Part shown: in pieces, positions 61,271 through 64,000 of the stretch | Position numbering within the stretch: position 1 is the first letter of the stretch | Layout: the number at the start of each line of letters is the position of its first letter | Assembly: GCA_964016885.1 (NCBI GenBank) | Contig: OZ024742.1 | Coordinates: forward strand, 114,080,001-114,144,000 | Direction: 5' to 3' | Source: Eledone cirrhosa | Lineage: Eukaryota | Length of the DNA stretch: 64,000 nt | Made by a program: the position numbers and the translations under genes | Notes under the pieces: model-generated | Database searches by the model: none | Seen by the model: the letters and a program-made list of their open reading frames with translations, nothing else | What the model was told of the DNA's origin: nothing

Positions 61271-62496
61271 AAGTCGGAATATATATATATATATATATAT
61301 ACGCATATATATATATAATGTATATACGTGTGTTTGTATGTGTGCATGTATGTGTCTATATTAATATGTATATTCAAACATTTAGTAGGATTCATTTAAT
61401 GGATTATGAAGATTGCAAAATGCAACTGAAAATAGATAAACTTAAAATAAGATTTACTTTAAACTCTCATTGGAAATCTTTTATTCGTTTTATGTAAAAG
61501 AAGAAATCTTTTTCAGAATTTCTGTCATATTTAATGATGTATATGAATTCAAAATATGACTGATTTCTCTCATGGAAAATGCATTATCAGTATAATGGTA
61601 CATATTCTGATTTGTAAATGGATATGAGAAGCAACAAAAATATATAAAACACAACCTTTTATTCACCATCTGTGTATCAATTCCAATTTCAATTTAGTGT
61701 TGTTGATTTTGTTTTTACTTTTGTACTGTTTATCTTTTCTCGGAGTAGCTCACTGCTGGGCTGATTGTAAAATAAGATTGATTTTGGCCAATGGTTATTT
61801 ACTTGTACACAATTTTCTCTAATTTATTTCGACTTATTTATTATTAAATTTTATTTAATTTGGGATTTTGAAATTCTATATATATATCTTCATATGAATG
61901 TCGTATTGCAGATGAGTAAATGTATTAACGTTTAAATAACACAACTATCACAATAGTATTGCTAATACGTAGGATCCCACAACAATAATGGATACATAGT
62001 AATAAGTATAAATGTAAGAAGAGAATACATTTTTTCTCCGGTAGAAATTATTGTATTCAGAACAGATTTAATGTTGAAGAGTATGTGTTACGTCTACAAA
62101 ATTCTATATAAATAGTTCAGTAATTTATTATTTAAAACATAACGGCTTCATTTAATTAACGTATAGACATATTCGTATCAATAAGAGAATACCTACGAGA
62201 TCATATAACCGATTACAAGTTGTAGATATTTCGTCGTTTAAACATTTAAAATAAGAAATTGTCCTGTCACTTAAGACATCTTGATCACTGTTTAACACCA
62301 TCTGTTCTGTAGGTTATATAATAGACATCACAAAATGTAGTTTCATTGAAAAAGCCTCATCCACACAATTTGAGAATCTTTCACGTTCGAAGTGTAAGAG
62401 AATAAATGGAATTGGTATTTGCAGAGCAGCAGGTTGGACGTAATCATTTATGTATTGGAAGGGAAATGATTGTTTCTTCTTTTGGAACCAGGACTG

Positions 62497-62642
62497 CAAT
62501 TATACCAGTACATTACTGGTACTTTATTTTATCGACCCCGAAAGGATGAAAGGCAAAGATAACCTCGGCGGGATTTGAACTGAGAACGTAAAGGGTCATA
62601 ACTCTATGCTACAAAGCATGGTGTCCCACTCTCTACCGATAT
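62497..62642 (-). mobile_element. Octopus-type SINE
   Basis: CATTACTGGTACTTTATTTTATCGACCCCGAAAGGATGAAAGGCAAAG...GGGATTTGAACT. Confidence 0.88.
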
Positions 62643-63227
62643 TGGAAAGAATCCAATTCCCCCTTAAGCATTTTGAACAATAAATACCTCAACCGGAATA
62701 ACAGGTATACACACAAACACACACACATATGTATATACATACACACACACACACACACATATATATAAATATATATATATATCTATATATATATATATAT
62801 ATATATACGTATAAGCTATAGGGTGTTGAGTGTATCGTGCTCAGAGTTTATTTTTGCCCCACCATGTATCATGGATAATTGTAAATGATGGTTCTACATA
62901 AACAATTTGTATATACTAACATATGGACACCATGCATTAGAATATACCTGCTTATGGACAATTATGATTAATGCCTTATCAGGGAACCCATTAGACATGT
63001 CATGACAACAGACATTTAATTGTAAACTAAAGTTTTTCGAATAAGCGATGGTGATTATACGAATGCTATTTTGTGGATGTTTAAATAGGATTACGTAATA
63101 CAAATAACATATGGATGGTAATGATGGTAATGTAGGTGGTAAAGTTGTGGAAAATACTGACGGTTTGGGAATATTGTTAAAAGTTTCAAAATGAAGAGAA
63201 ATGGCGACTGACTGAAATAATAAAATT

Positions 63228-63264
<37 letters not shown>

Positions 63265-63265
<1 letters not shown>

Positions 63266-63577
63266 CGAGGTAACAAATAATAGTTAAATGCAGTCCACCT
63301 AGGTAAAGTCCAGTTATGGTATTCCAGGTAGTGGATGATATTAACGCTTGGCTTGGTTTGACTCAACAAGGGGTTTTCATAGTGATGCTGCGGGTATGCC
63401 GTAATTCCTATGTAAACACTTGGAGTAATAATAAATCAGGAAATAAGGTTGACATGGTTTGCTATACAAAAAAGGTTTAATCACATAGCTTACATTTGTT
63501 TCACTGAGCTGGCAGGTCTAGAGATCGCTATTCGCTTATTTTCGCGTTACTCGATCGCCAATACAAAATTATAAACT
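63265..63577 (-). mobile_element. PLE family 3 pLTR/tail fragment
   Basis: Homologous to 21546-21860 (GTAGTGGATGATAT.AACGCTTGGCT, GGTCTAGAGAT.GCTA); abuts (TA)n. Confidence 0.85.
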
Positions 63578-63767
63578 TATTCCATTCTCAGCTGCTGCCA
63601 TCATTTGATCCTAAATCCTAGTTTTTCTCAAATCACTACTACAATGTAACTTTACCTTCTTTTTGCCATAATTACAATTAGCACGCTTATCTCTTTGCAT
63701 GTATGTATATTTTTGTACTAGTGTATATTGATGTGTATGTATGTATCTATGTACACATACATGTGTA

Positions 63768-63860
<93 letters not shown>

Positions 63861-64000
63861 ATGTGTGTGCGTAAATATATGCGTATATTACTTCGTTAAT
63901 CTCTGTATTAACTCAACACCTATTTAGCTTTGACAATGTTGTCCCACTCATGTATACTATTGATGATGAAGAGAAAGACTGTAAACAGTAGCTTATCTTT

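Noticed and set aside
62314-62499. YINDYVQPA resembling a serine-protease motif
   Set aside because: Short isolated match with no other protease motifs or supporting exons.
62894-63103. Possible Helitron Rep remnant (NGFP...NAWCPY)
   Set aside because: Similarity is too weak to call without a profile search.

Overview
AT-rich, microsatellite-dense eukaryotic DNA, most likely from an octopod cephalopod (inferred from a recurrent octopus-type tRNA-derived SINE). I could not support any host gene. Nearly all ORF-track entries are translations of (TA)/(CA)/(TG) repeats. Positions 1-47.4 kb are dominated by Penelope-like retroelements (PLEs; RT plus C-terminal GIY-YIG endonuclease, Naiad-like) of at least three coding families. 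Many non-coding derivatives accompany them as fold-backs or head-to-tail tandems embedded in (TA)n. Reading by eye shows about 20 hammerhead-ribozyme (HHR)-like motifs in at least 8 unrelated sequence contexts. These include a type I HHR with a 116-nt stem II insert, a CCGANGA core variant, minimal dimer-type HHRs and a 428-bp retrozyme-like tandem monomer. Two unrelated tandem repeats share a 73-nt covarying kink-turn-like module, and several families share a 3'-tail motif. Positions 47.7-64 kb hold older TE fragments (mariner, RTE, CRE-like, R4/Dong-like, CR1-like, SINEs) in unannotated unique DNA. All structures were folded by eye, and coordinates of decayed elements are approximate.
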